From Octopus sinensis (Eukaryota), in the NCBI RefSeq assembly GCF_006345805.1, contig NC_042998.1, forward strand, positions 203,732,001 to 203,796,000: a stretch of 64,000 nucleotides of DNA. Reading direction: 5' to 3'. The position numbers and the translations under genes are program-made. Of this stretch, positions 38,036 through 51,998 are shown piece after piece. Each line of letters begins with the position of its first letter. Positions within the stretch are counted from its first letter, which is position 1. The notes beneath the pieces were generated by a model that saw only the letters and a program-made list of their open reading frames with translations, did no database searches and was not told where the DNA came from.

Positions 38036-38619
38036 AACAACAAACAAGATGAGGACAAATATCCGTCAAATGTAAATAATGTAAATAATACCCCATTTCT
38101 TGAATATAGACATGAAAGAAATACTTTATCCACAATATTACATTTGCAAATTCATCAAATAGTTTATGAAAGATCGTCGGTTTAAGGAAAAGGTATTGAA
38201 CACTTAAAGAGATGCAGTTGCAACCAATGGCAAGATTCGAACCATCGATTTCTCAGTTAGTGATGGCTGTCCGATACTTTACCAAGTCGGCTGCCAACAA
38301 TCTCATTAGTCATACACTGTAGATCATAATCCGTGAGGCCACCAACATTAACTAATTAAAACCGCTGCTAATCACCGCAATCAGCAATCTCATCTACCAT
38401 GGCAAGAGTAATTAAAAGCCGAACCGTTTCTAAAGGCGATGCTGCCAATGTTTAATGACATAACTCAGAATAGCAACGACGACCATCGCTGCTGCAGAGA
38501 CAACAATACCACCACCGATACTGGCACCCATACTGGCACCCATACTCTCGTCTCTACATGCGTTAACGCTTTTATCGCAGACAATCGGTGTGAGATCCGC
38601 GCCTCCACTATTGCCTTCA

Positions 38620-38803
38620 GCAAGAGTAACACCACCACCACAACCACCACCAGCAACAACAATATGAACACCATCACCACCACCACCACCACCACCACCA
38701 ACACCAACAGCAACAACAACATCACCACCACCACCACCACCACCACCAACAGCAACAGCAACAACAACAACAACAACAACAACAACAGCAACAACAACAA
38801 CAA

Positions 38804-38834
<31 letters not shown>

Positions 38835-39675
38835 ATCAACAGCTACACCACCACCACCACCACCATCAGGAACAAGAACATTACCACCACCACCACCAGT
38901 AATAATAACAACAACAACAATAACAACATCAGCACCACCACCACCCCCGCCACCAACATCAACAACAACAATAACTACACCACCCCCACCCCCGCCACCA
39001 ACATCAACACCGCTGCAGACATATCTGCAGATATCTCATAATGGAACCGATGGTGCCGTCGTCAGCACCGCCTCCATCGTTCTTACTACCATCCCCGCCG
39101 CCATCATCAACTCCACCACCACCACCACCACCACCACTCTGATGCTCATCGCCACTGACACCGCCACCGCCCACATCCTTACCATTCCATCGCCACTATC
39201 ACCATCATCACTTTCACAAATACAGCAATTGAGCGACCTCCAACGACGACCACCACCACCGCCGCCACCGCCACCGCCGCCACCACCATCACCACCACCA
39301 CCACCATCATTATGCTCCCACACCTCTCCAGCACCCCTCCCTCCCTCCCACCCGCAATCCTCCACCCACTCCCAACGCCGCCATTCGAAACAGTAGCAGT
39401 GTCGGCAGCTCCTCCTGATTACTGGAAACATCCGTCTCCACCACCTCCCCCGTCACTCACTACTACTACAAACACTCACTATCACCACACCCACAACTCC
39501 TCCTCCACCTCCTCCTCCTCCCCTTCTACTCCTACCACCACAACCATCACTACGACGACCACGACGACGACCACTGCAAACATCTCTACAACTACTACTG
39601 AATCCAACATCACTACTACTACTAATGCTGCTACTACTACTACTGCTGCTGCTACTACTACTACTACTACTAATA

Positions 39676-39748
<73 letters not shown>

Positions 39749-39930
39749 AGGAGTAAACACTAACACCATCCCTAGCATACAAAATAAACACACCACCAAA
39801 ACTGTTGTCAACATCACCAAAAGCGCCACCACCGCTACCACAACCACCACCTTCACCTCCATCATAATCACCACCATCACAACAACCATCTCCACCACCA
39901 CCACCGCTGCGACCATCACCATACTCACCA
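38620..39930. repeat. Mosaic trinucleotide low-complexity tract (ACC/AAC/ACT/AAT/GAT)
   Basis: Directly visible, and it produces spurious Thr/Asn/Pro-rich ORFs. Confidence 0.9.
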
Positions 39931-40266
39931 CTACGTACGCATATTCGCATACTAATTTTTCTTGCTTACCCGTATTTCCCTCTCTCTCTCTCCCTCTATC
40001 TCTCACTCTCTTTCCCTCTATCTCACTCTCTCTCCCTCTATCTCTCACTCTCTCTCTCATAATTCTTTCTCTCTCCTTATCCCTCATGCACACACACACA
40101 CACACACACACTCTCTCACGCACACATCTAAAAACAGAGAAACTCTTACACACACATGCTTGGTGAGTGTTGAGCGCATAATGATGTGTTTTGTGTAAAC
40201 ATGTTTGTATAAAAGGTGTGTATGTATATACAAGCATGTAGGAACGTACCCATACGTGTATATGTA

Positions 40267-40344
<78 letters not shown>

Positions 40345-40554
40345 AGAGAGAGAGAGAGAGGGGGGAGAGATATGTATGTATGTATGTATGTGTTTAGGTA
40401 CCAAATAGTTATATGTATTCATGTATAAAATCTATCAATCTACGTATGTAGTATGTATGTATGTATGTATGTATGTATGTATGTATGTATGTATGTATGT
40501 ATGTATGTATGTATCTATCTATCTATCTATCTCTGTCTATTTATGAGAGAGATA

Positions 40555-40793
40555 GGCGCAGGAGTGGCTGCATGATAAGTAGCTTGCTTACCAACCACAT
40601 GGTTCTACTGCGTGACACCTTGGGCAAATGTCTCCTACTATAGCCTCGAGTCGACCAATGCCTTATGAGTGGATTTGGTAGACGGGAAATGTAAGTCACA
40701 AAGAATAAGTCCTAGGGTCAATTTACTCGACTAAAAACGGTACTCCAGCATGGTCGCAGTCATACGACTGAAAGAAGTAAAAGAATAAAAGAA
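40555..40793 (+). mobile_element. SINE family A, internally deleted
   Basis: Head ggcgcaggagtggctg is joined to the tail acaaagaataagtcc...gactgaa without the central tract. Confidence 0.85.
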
Positions 40794-40839
40794 TACATAC
40801 ATACATATATAAATATGTATGTATGTATGTATGTATATC

Positions 40840-40879
<40 letters not shown>

Positions 40880-41008
40880 TACATATATACATACATACAT
40901 ATATACATACATAATACATACCATCTATATATATATATATATATATATAATATATTATACACACATACATATATACATACATACATGCATATATATATAT
41001 ACACACAC

Positions 41009-41088
<80 letters not shown>

Positions 41089-41884
41089 CTCACATACACA
41101 CACATATGTCTGCTTTATGGATGCATTAATATATGTGTGTCAATATATATACATCTATGTATGTGTATATATATATATGTGTACATATGTATGCGTGCGT
41201 TCGGGTATGTAAGCATCTCTGTATATATGCATGCATCTCTCTGCATGTTTGTATGTATTATGTACGCATGTTCAAAATGTATGAAACAAAATACTTTCGA
41301 ATATTGGAACGAGGGAACATCATTAACGAAAAAAAATAATACAAATAAACGGATACAAAACAAAGAACATAAAATAAAACCAACTCAGCGATCCATAAGG
41401 AAGCAATTGTGATACGGTATATAAGAGTGATCTCCCCTTCGTGTTAATAGCGTTGCCATAGTAACATTGACGTCAAAACCCGAATGATTTATTCAAGCTG
41501 TCAGCCATGTTAGGTGTGCCTGACAATGATCTCTTTCTATAGGAAATGTGACTGCTGCTGCTGCTTCTACTGCCGCCGCTGCCGCCACCGCCTCCACCGC
41601 CGCCACCTCCGCCGCCACCACAGCCCCTGCTGCTGCCGCTGCCGCCGCTGCTTGTTTTGTCCTCTTTATCGTTGTTTTCTCTTAACTGTTGACATTTTAG
41701 TTCACATGTTTCATTTTAAATGTTCAACATTGTATGTGGTATTCACAAATTAGAAAAGAAGTCACCCTTATAAATAGGCATCTGCCTATTTATCAGTCTG
41801 TCTGTCTGTCTTTTTTGTCTGTCTGTCTGCTTTGTCTGTCTGTCTGCTTTGTCTGTCTGTCTTATCTGTCTGTCCGTCTGTCTG

Positions 41885-41942
<58 letters not shown>

Positions 41943-42151
41943 ACGATCCCTATTGATCGTTGTTTTTTCCTTTTTTCTATTCTTTCCTTTTTTTCTATTC
42001 CTTTTACGATCCCTTTTGATCGAAAACCTACCCCACCTTTTTATTTTTTTCCCCCTAAAAAGAAAAGGTCTACTTTGTAATCTGTCCCGTCTGTGTTCAG
42101 TCCTGTTTGGCTATTAAGAAAAGAACATCTATCTATCTATCTATCTATCTA

Positions 42152-42188
<37 letters not shown>

Positions 42189-42272
42189 ATCTATCTATCT
42201 ATCTATTATCTAGATCGATCTATCTTATCTATCTATCTATCTATATATCTATATATATATATATATATATAT

Positions 42273-42335
<63 letters not shown>

Positions 42336-42697
42336 CTATCTATCTATCTATCTATCTGTCTGTCTGTCTATTACTACCGTTCTATATCTATATATGTCTA
42401 TATATGTCAATACATATATATAAATATATATGCATATATGTATGTATATACCTGCACACATGCTATACACTCATGCTTCTACAAGGCATGCAACATTTCC
42501 GGGCGTGTATGGAAACATGCTTGCTATTTGTGTACATGCATTTCTTATATATGCGAATAATCACTATGCAGGTTCATGAGTGCATAAGCCTGCGTAGTGT
42601 ATATATATATATATAACAAAGCGGAGTTGTAAGGTGCCGCACGAGTGGAATTATATATGAAAGAAGGTTTGAAAATGCAATTTTAAAAGATGTTTAT

Positions 42698-42743
42698 TTA
42701 CTTGACCGGTTTCACTTTTTTAGAAAAAGATTGTCAAAAGTAA
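42698..42743 (-). ncRNA. Minimal type I hammerhead, U3-A8 core, GUC cleavage triplet
   Basis: Reverse complement: ttactt-TTGACAA-t-cttttt(cta)aaaaag-t-GAAA-ccggt-c-aagtaa. Stem I is a perfect 6 bp. Confidence 0.65.
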
Positions 42744-43172
42744 CATGTAAAAGCTTGGTTGTGTTAGTTACTGGTTGTCACAAAATACTACAATACATAT
42801 ACACATTATTGATAACAAGAACATATTAAGAACAGTTTACAAGGGAAAAATCTTGGGAAAATATAAAAAAGTTTAACAAATTCATCAAAATATTGGGCAC
42901 AAAAGTTTACAACATATATATACATTCTCAAGAAAATGTTAAAGATAGTTTCCAGAAGGAATTATTAAAAAGTTCAGTGGAATATTGATATTGTATCTGT
43001 ATATATATATACACACACAGAATATTATAAGTTCAAAAAGTTTACATTTTAGTAGTAGGACAGCTTAAACTGACCTGGTTCACCATGTTATCGTATTTGA
43101 ATACTATGCAAATATTCTTTAAAAAATTTTTCTGTTAATTTTTTCCAAAATTTAATTGTTTTTCTATACATA

Positions 43173-43208
43173 CAGTTGAAAAAGTTTCAATGAATGAAAC
43201 CGGTACTG
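43173..43208 (+). ncRNA. Minimal hammerhead motif, U3-A8 core
   Basis: cag-TTGAAAA-agtttcaatgaat-GAAA-ccggt-a-ctg. Paralog of 5500-5535. Confidence 0.5.
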
Positions 43209-43257
43209 AAATGTTTTTTATAAAATTATTTTTTCATTTTCTACCTTGACTTTTTTT

Positions 43258-43297
<40 letters not shown>

Positions 43298-43737
43298 GCA
43301 GCCGTGAGCAACCATGTGCAGCCCTGTGCAACCGTATGCAACTGTGTATATATGCATATATATATACGCATACATAGTGGAGTATGTATTTGCATTTGCA
43401 CCTATGCACAATGTGTGCTTATATGTGCATGAACGCGCACGAGTTTTATCCGAGTGCCTGTACTTCCTTGTTGCTGTTCTTTCTTTCTGTTGGAGTATAA
43501 GTATGTGTGTGTGTTTGTATTTGAGCGTTTTCATTGTTAACACCACACACACACACACACACACACTGCTACATAAACATCAACCATTCGGCTTAAGACT
43601 ATGCCCACTACTCAGTTTCCAATAGTACAAAAGACAACTCTGGCTGCAGTGATCCGCAAACAAAGAATATTATGCCATATCTGATATTTGCTGGCCACAA
43701 CAGACTTACTGTAAAAGTGTAAGATATTCATCTCAAT

Positions 43738-43978
43738 CAGTGATTCTCAACCGGGGTGCATATGGCCCAGGGTGGGGGTCTGTATAAGATTTTGTCGTCA
43801 AAATTTACCTGCAATAAATTGGTTAGACTTCTGAAATACACAAAATATTTTAATAATGTTTTTAATACAATTCCTAAAAATGTATGATTTTTTAAACATC
43901 AAATTACTGTGAGGGTCCATCCGAGGAAAATGCAAATCAGAGATGTCTATAGGTAAAAAAAAATGTTCAGAACTACTG
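43738..43978. mobile_element. hAT-Charlie-type MITE
   Basis: TIR cagtgattctcaac vs gttcagaactactg. The 8-bp TSD is decayed. Confidence 0.65.
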
Positions 43979-44304
43979 GTCGAGATCTATAACTTTCATG
44001 ACCAAAATTTTTTGTTGTTCAAACTATGACACACATATACACACACATACATTCGCAACTAATATTAGATGCACATTCATACACACTCACAAGCATGCAC
44101 ACATTGAACAAAGCCACACCCACTGTACACAAACACATACACACACAGCACGCACGCACACACGCATGGGTACTAAACCAACACAAATATTATTTACACA
44201 ACAGATTAAAACAGACCAAATGGAAATAAAAACAGACTCCATCACGAATCGTACCACACTCTCTACCTGTCACACGTTACCAAAACACCACCAAACCAAG
44301 CCAA

Positions 44305-44378
44305 ATGAAACCAAACCCAACCAGATGAAACCAAACCCAACCAGATGAAACCAAACCCAACCAGACGAAACCAAACCC
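44305..44378. repeat. 20-bp tandem repeat, about 3.5 copies
   Basis: tgaaaccaaacccaaccaga repeated. Confidence 0.9.
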
Positions 44379-45458
44379 ACGCATGACATACAGTCAAAAG
44401 TCCTTCCTTGACTAGATTGAGCATTCCTAATCAAGATTAACCCACTTGTTCCTGTGAGGCAGTGAGACTTTCAAATCCCAAAGTCAAACTTTCATTCTTA
44501 TATTTGTATCGAGTTCTTTTCCCAATCGTAGGTTGGCCGAATTCAATACAACCAAGTTTTGCACACAATTGCACATTTGTAGAGAGACGTTGGCACATTA
44601 TTATTGCCGGTCAGGACACATGCTAAGCCCCAAGCTAATTTTTTTGTGTAAATTTCTGCGTACAGGAATATTCTCGCGAGGAGAAGATGGATCCACTTTT
44701 CCTAACTTCGAAACTGCAATAGAGACGAACCTTTTGGTTTATTTAAGTTTTGAAAGGTAACGTCATGTCGCTGGCCGACAGCTTTTATGGGAGATATAAT
44801 ATGTTTATTGTGGTTTTATAACGGTTTTGACTGCTATTTCTAGGCATGTAAGGGTCTTTTATAACCCCCTCCGTTATAATTGCGATTTATTCACGTTTAT
44901 ACACTCTCCTTTATGAAAAAAGTTTTTGACTGCATGTTCTGGCCACTGATATATTCGTAAATAATCTTCAGTTGTTTACGATATATCCTGCGTAATGTAT
45001 TCTACATTCATTCCTCATATATATATATATTATATATATATATATAATATATATATATATATATACGTGTGTGTGTGTGTGTGTGTATAGAATAAGAACT
45101 TACGCAGAAGAGAAAACATATTTCCAGAATTCAAGATCTCAGTTCTTCAACATGGAGTTATTATATTATTACTTCAATGCAAAAGCAATCGTGGTGATGT
45201 TATCGCATAAAGTTTAAAACAGGCTAAAAGGAATGCTTACAGCAAAATATTTTGAAGAATTTGAAAAACGCTCCTGAAGAAATGACTTCCACATCACATT
45301 CAACTAAATAAATTCAATGACACAATTAATAATTTCGTAATTATTATTTGGTTGGTAATCGAAACAGCTGTAAAATAAGCGATTTTTAAAAAATATCCAT
45401 AAGTGCGCTTGTCTGCTATTCTTGTTAATAGGTAAACTTACACAACACACACACACAC

Positions 45459-45502
<44 letters not shown>

Positions 45503-46156
45503 TTACGTACATGCACACAATACCACACTCATCCCCCACACGCACACATACAGCACATCTATGTTTGTCTGTCTATCTGTCTCTGTCTGTCTACCTGTAT
45601 ATATATACACACACACACACAACACTCTCATAAACATACTCAACCAAACAGACACACACCGCATATATATTTACACCTATATATTTAAATATAGACGTGT
45701 GAGTATGTATATCTAATCATTATACTGCGGCATCGTTTCCTACTGACAATAGCCGCGCCTCCCATAAACATTCGCTCGCCATATTTCTGCACAATAAAAC
45801 CTAAATCGTGTTGAATGCGCGATGGAAACATTTTCCAGTTGCAGTTGTTTTGATTTCTCCCCCTCTCACTTTGAAAACTGCAGCAACTGCAGCAGCAGCG
45901 GCGGCGGTGGCGGCAGTGGTGGCGGCAGTGGTGGCGGCGGTGGCGGCGGTGGCGGCGGTGGCGGCGGTTGAATGACGAAATATTTCTTCGTTATCTGACA
46001 TTGAAACAAGAAAAGTTTATACTATTTCACTGAGGTCAATTTCTAGGAACGTCATATCCAACTTCCTTCTCGTCAAAACAAACGCATACGGCACGCAATC
46101 AGGAATCACTCACATTGTTATTATCATTATTCTTCTTCTTATTATTTTTATTATTA

Positions 46157-46236
<80 letters not shown>

Positions 46237-46262
46237 TTATTATTATTAATTATTATTATTAT

Positions 46263-48819
46263 TCAGTAGTTTTATTTTTATAGCGTGCTTTCACTTCACT
46301 ACGAGCGCAGCTCTGTGTGCCTTGGGTATGTGCTGTGATTTGTTGTGATGCTCTGATGGTATCGTATTGAAAGTGTTTTTGCATTGGATGTGTGCAGTGC
46401 CTAGTAGTGCAATTTTCTGTATGTTATATGTGTTGTAAGTCCTGGTGTTTTTGTTATGTATTTGTCTGAAAATTTTTATCATGCCTAATACACCTACTAT
46501 GATAGGAATTGTTTCTATTTTTAGATTCCACATTCTGTACCTCTATTTCAGGTTTTGTATTTGAGAGTTTCTCCATTTCTTTTAGAGACACGTTGTCATC
46601 TGCCGGTATTGATACATCAATTAGAAAGCATTTTTTTCTTCATGATCTCTGACAACTATATCTAGTCTGTGGCCTTAATTTCTCTATCTGTGTGTATCGG
46701 CATATCGCAGAGTATGGTTGCTTTCTCGTTTTCTGTGACCTTTTCTGGTGTGTTGCCTATACCATCTTTTTTCTGTTGTTATTCCATAATGTTGGCATAG
46801 TTTCAATGTATGTAGGTTCCAACTCTGTCATGTCTGTGAATATATTCCTTCTTAGCCAGGACTGGGCAGCTAGAGATAATATGATTTATTGTTTCTTGTC
46901 CATCTCCACATATTCTGCAGTTACTGTAATACTTCTTTTCATTACATGTTTTTGGTAATTTCTGGTGGGGAGGCTTTGGTCTTGTGCTGCAATTAAAAAT
47001 CCCTCTGTCTCTGCTTTGAGTCCTGAGCTTCTCAACATTGCTGGGATTTTTTCTTTGTCTATTCTTTTGCGTTTAGTTTAGTGCAGTATTTACCATGGAG
47101 GGGTTTTTCTTGCCATCGTTTTATCATGGCTCGTTGCTGTTCTATTTTAGTTTGGATTTCATTGTTTATAGCTTTTGTTGTTTCTTCATCATCTTCTTCT
47201 TCTTCTTTGTGTTTATTAGGTGGTATGATTTCTTGTTTGTATTGTCAGCTTCCTTAAATACTGAGAACAGTCTTTTGTTTTGCTCGTGTTTTGCTGCTAT
47301 CTGGATCAGTTTTCCTTCCTTCTGAAGTAGGTATTTTTGCAGTCCTATGGTGGTATTTTATAGTAGTTTTCCAGTTGTATAAGGCCTCTACCACCTTCTA
47401 TACGTTGTATATATAGTCTTTCTATGTCAGATTTTGGGTGATGCATCCTAGATCCTGTCAGTTTTCTTGTTTTCTATCTATTTGGACAGTTCAATTCGTG
47501 TCCAGTTAAGGATATTGTAGCTGTAACTTATAACTGGGACAGCTAAAGTGTTGATACCTATTATCGTGTTTTAGCATTGAGCTCTGTTTTTAGTATGATC
47601 TAACTCGTCTATATATTCTTTTTTTATTTTTCTTTCATTGTGTGTGTTGTGTCTTATCTAGTTCATGGATTCCTAAGTATTTGTAAGTTTGGCTTTGGTC
47701 TAATTCTTTATTCATTGGTTTTATCTAGTGTGATGTTGTTACTCTTAACTAGTTTTCCTCTTTTCATGGGTACTTTGGCGCATTTTTCTAATCCAAATTT
47801 CATATCTACTTCTTGGTAAATCCATGAACTGTCTTTATAGTGTTTCCAGCTGTTTGTCATTTGCAGCGTATAGTTTTAGGTCATCCAATATAAAAGATGG
47901 CTGATCGTTTTGCCGTAACATTTATATCCGCATCCAGTTCTATTTAGCATATCAGATAGAGGTGACAGTGCCAAGCAGAAAAGGAGTGGAGAGAGCGTGT
48001 CTCCTGGAATATTCCTCTTCTAATGGGGATGTCTTGGTTTCATGAGTCCCTCTTTTGTTTCGAGGGTGTAGACTGTTTGCCATTTATTCATAGAGTGCTC
48101 TATGAATTTTATGATTGTTGGTGCTACTTTGTTAATGGCTAGTGTTTCGAGGATCCATGTGTGGGGGATGCTATCAAACGCCTTTTTGTAGTCAATCCAG
48201 GCCATACTGAGGCCTTTCTTCTTTCTGTGGTGTCTTCAGTTACGGCTTTATTAATCATTAGTTGATCTTTACAGCCATATGAGCTTTTGCGGCATCCTTT
48301 CTGCTCTTCTGGGAACAGTTTGTTTTCGTCCAGGTGCTTGTTCAGCCTTTGCGATATCACTGCAGTAAATGCCTTGAACATAGTAGGGAGGCAGGTTATT
48401 GGTCTGTAGTTTTCTGGTTTTGCTGTTTCATTTGATTTGGGAATTAAGATGGTTTTCCTCTTCGTGAGCCATTCAGGCATTGTCTCTGGCTCTGCTAGTA
48501 TGCTGTTAAAGTTTTCAGCCAGCTTTTTGTGCATCCTGTTAGATATTTCAACCAGAAGTTGGGATCTTGTCATGCCCAGGTGCCTTCCAGTTGCTTGTTT
48601 TTGCAGTGCCTGGGTGACTCTTCAGTTGTTATGGGGGTCCAAATTGTTCAGATGCCGCGTTTGTTTTATTTGATACTCCTTTTTTTTTGGCTGTTCGTTC
48701 GCCGACCAATTCTCTCCAGAATTCTTCCAATTCTTCTGCCGTTGGTGCTGCAGTGACTTCTATTTTATTTTTTCCCAGTTCTTGGTAGAACTTTTTGGGG
48801 TTGGAGTTGAACTTTTTTT
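46263..48819 (-). mobile_element. Dong/R4 retrotransposon, 5'-truncated (RT plus RLE), in (TAA)n
   Basis: PENYRPITCLPTMFK, EEQKGC, GCKDQLMIN, AWIDYKKAFDSIPH and the RLE end. Near-identical to 27300-27903, with TAA repeats on both sides. Confidence 0.95.
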
Positions 48820-48897
48820 ATTATTATTATTATTATTATTAATTATTTTTTATTATTATTATTAATTATTTTTTATTATTATTATTATTAATTATTA

Positions 48898-48952
<55 letters not shown>

Positions 48953-49078
48953 GTCAAATTCGACTTTCACTTCCAGCTTTTCGGGGTCGATAAATTAAGA
49001 ACCAGTGAACTGGGATCGATTTAATGGACTAGTCCCCTCCACACAAATTGTACCTCCAGTAGAAAGGATAATTATCAT

Positions 49079-49153
<75 letters not shown>

Positions 49154-50131
49154 CACTACTACTACTGTTATCATTATTGCCTTTGCACAGTTTCTAATGC
49201 TGGATATGTACTACAGTGTCAGCTGTTCGTTACCAGTGAACTAAAGTAACACCTCTTATTTTTCGAGCACCTTCCAGAGGATTCGAGCGGTTCGAAGCAG
49301 TGCTGTTTTCTGTAAGTGCTTCACCCTTATTGCAGCCCATATTTGTTCCACGTACTTCGTGAGATTTTTGCTCACTATTCCCATGGCTCCGACAATTGAG
49401 AAGCAAACTTCTTACCACATAGCCACGCATGCACCAGGTATTTCCATCTCCACTCATTAATTTTAAAACCGATTTTTGTTGTGCTCCAGCTTGGCCGCAG
49501 TTTCAGGTGGCCGAAACAAGTAAGAAGTGAAAACAAAAGTTGGTCAGCAGCCCTCGACCGATAATTACTTTATCGACCTTCTTCTCTGCCAAGAACTCAA
49601 ATAAGCAACTGCCATTTATAGTCAATACAATCAACTTTATCATTCCTCCGGCATTATTGTAAACTACATGTTTTCTAATCAACGCAGCGTTTATTTTGAT
49701 GAATAATTACTGCTTAAGAAATGCCAACAGCTGCACTCCAAGAAATTCGTATAATAAATCGAGGGTTTTAGGTTAGCGCCTAAGAAATTAATTATCTGGC
49801 TTTGCTGTGTTATCAATACTATTTCTGACACATTAATTTCACAAGATTTATAAATGAATTTGATCTCCAGCTGCCTACCGACTCCCACTTCGCCTGGTGC
49901 GCTCTTAAATCATAAGTAATTAGGATGTAGCTTTTAGAAGCTGGGAAAAAAAAAAGATTTTTAATAAAACAAAATAAAAGGAAAATCATTTGATATTTCT
50001 TGGTGTATTAATATCAGATAGCTTGTTTGGTTTTTACTTTCAAAACTAACAGAAAAATGATAAACATGTTGATACGAAGAAACGATCAGACGTTCTTGGA
50101 AAGGAAGCATATTTATTTCATGGACAGAACA

Positions 50132-50386
50132 CGCAGGCACGACTGTGTGGTTAACAAGTTTGATTACGAACCCCATGGTTCCGGGTTCAGTTCTACAGCG
50201 TGGCACAATAGGCAGATGTCTTCTACCATAACCTCGAGCCGACCAAGGCCTTGTGAGCGGATTTGGTTGATGGAAACTAAAAGAAGACTACCGTATGTAT
50301 ATTTACTGGGGTCGCTTTGTTCAATTAAACTTTTAAAGGCAATGCTTCAGCATGGCCGCAGTCCAACGAATGAAAGAAGATAAAAG

Positions 50387-50447
<61 letters not shown>

Positions 50448-50805
50448 CACATAGATATTTACACAGGAATACACTCATGCATAAGCACATGCATTATATA
50501 TGTAATATATAAATACATATATACGTGTGTGTATGTATGTTATACATAGACGTATGCATGTATGCATGTATGTATATATGCATATATATATGTGTGTATG
50601 TGTGTGCGTGCGTGTGTGTTTTTGTTTCTGTGTTTTTTCCCAGCCACCACTTGGCAACCGGTGTTGGTGTGTTTACGTCTCTGTAACTTAACGGTTTGGC
50701 GAAAGAAACTGATAAAATAAGGAGTGGGGTCGATTCGTTCGACCAAAATCCTTCAAGGTGGTGCCCCAGTATGGCCACAGTCTAATGACTGAAATAAGTA
50801 AAAGG
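50132..50805 (+). mobile_element. SINE family A-related fragments separated by microsatellites
   Basis: Head at 50132-50290 and tails at 50305-50390 and 50620-50805. Confidence 0.7.
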
Positions 50806-51374
50806 TAAAAAAATGATTTAAGAAAGGGGGACACAGCCTATAGCTTTTACCACACACCCCTCCCTACAGACATATGTAATTGTTCGATATAACACCTGAT
50901 TTTTAATCAACCCAAGAAAGAAATCAAAACTTCTGTAATTCTTGATTGTAAGGATTAGATTTTTTTATTTGATGTGTTTCGATATCGATTAAATCTCATC
51001 GTGATCTTCGACCTCTGGACATTATTTTCTCAGGTTCTAGGACTCTTAGTGCCAGTTAAATGCCATTTATCTCAGGTTCACAGCCGAAGAAACTGGAGCA
51101 ACACGAAATGAAATGTTTTGCTCGGGAAAACAACGCACCACCCGTTCATGGAATCGAAACCATGAGTTTGTGATCGTGAGTTCAGCACCCTAACCACTAG
51201 ACTATGCTCTTTTCCAATTAAATATAGGCATTAATTAATTAAGTTGCAGCAACAGACATTTACTAGAATTATTTCAGCCACCTTCAAGCCTGACTTCAAA
51301 ATGTGTATTTTATTCCTGAGAAGAAAAATCATAATTATTTCGACGTTCCAAATTCTCCATGGCTCTGCCACATC

Positions 51375-51576
51375 CCGTGTCTAGAACATTCGCCATAAGA
51401 CGAATTCACGGAATTAAAGAATATTAAAAAAACCTTTATAAAAACATTAAATAGGCAAATCTTTATTCAACATAAAAAATGAAAAAAAAAAAACGTCATG
51501 AAGTCATTGAAAACGAAATTTCTTACGACGAATTTTCCGGCGGCAAAACTGTTTCCAGCAAAATTTCCTAAAACCC
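51375..51576. mobile_element. MITE-like element, second copy of 1045-1308
   Basis: Shared terminal sequences as listed for 1045-1308. Confidence 0.6.
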
Positions 51577-51998
51577 TCGCACTGGACCGCCACCGCGTTT
51601 GCCGGCGCAGAAGCCGAATTCTTTACTCTTCTCAAAGCTTTATACCAACTTGTTTCCTCCCCTTCTCGTATTTCAAATCAAAACCTCGATTCCCAAGACC
51701 CCTTTGATCTCTTTCTCACAAGCAAACTTAACCTCTTTGGAACTTCCAAACTGGATCCATCTCTTGACCCATCGAGTCTTCCTACCACCACCTCGTTGCA
51801 AATACTCAGCATGCAATCATTCACTACACAACACATCACGTCTCTTCCTGGGGCCCTATGGCTCTTTAGATTGGCACACTGGTTCGAGCTCTGCCAGTTT
51901 TATACTTCTTATCTCTGACAGTACACACGATTCACTTCTGACCATTAGAAACATCTAGACGGGTATCAGAGATCATCATTTCATGCATGTCTCTTTAC

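Larger units (their letters stand above)
37652..38113 (+). mobile_element. TSD-flanked tRNA-headed hammerhead element with inverted 5' pLTR copy
   Basis: 15-bp TSD gaaagaaatacttta (37637-37651 and 38114-38128), inverted arms at 37652-37792 and 37941-38082, A/B boxes at 37798 and 37841, and an (AAT)n spacer. Confidence 0.85.

Noticed and set aside
38439-40237. Mucin-like Thr/Asn/Pro-rich ORFs up to 284 aa
   Set aside because: Low-complexity repeat mosaic, open on both strands, with no domain or splice evidence.
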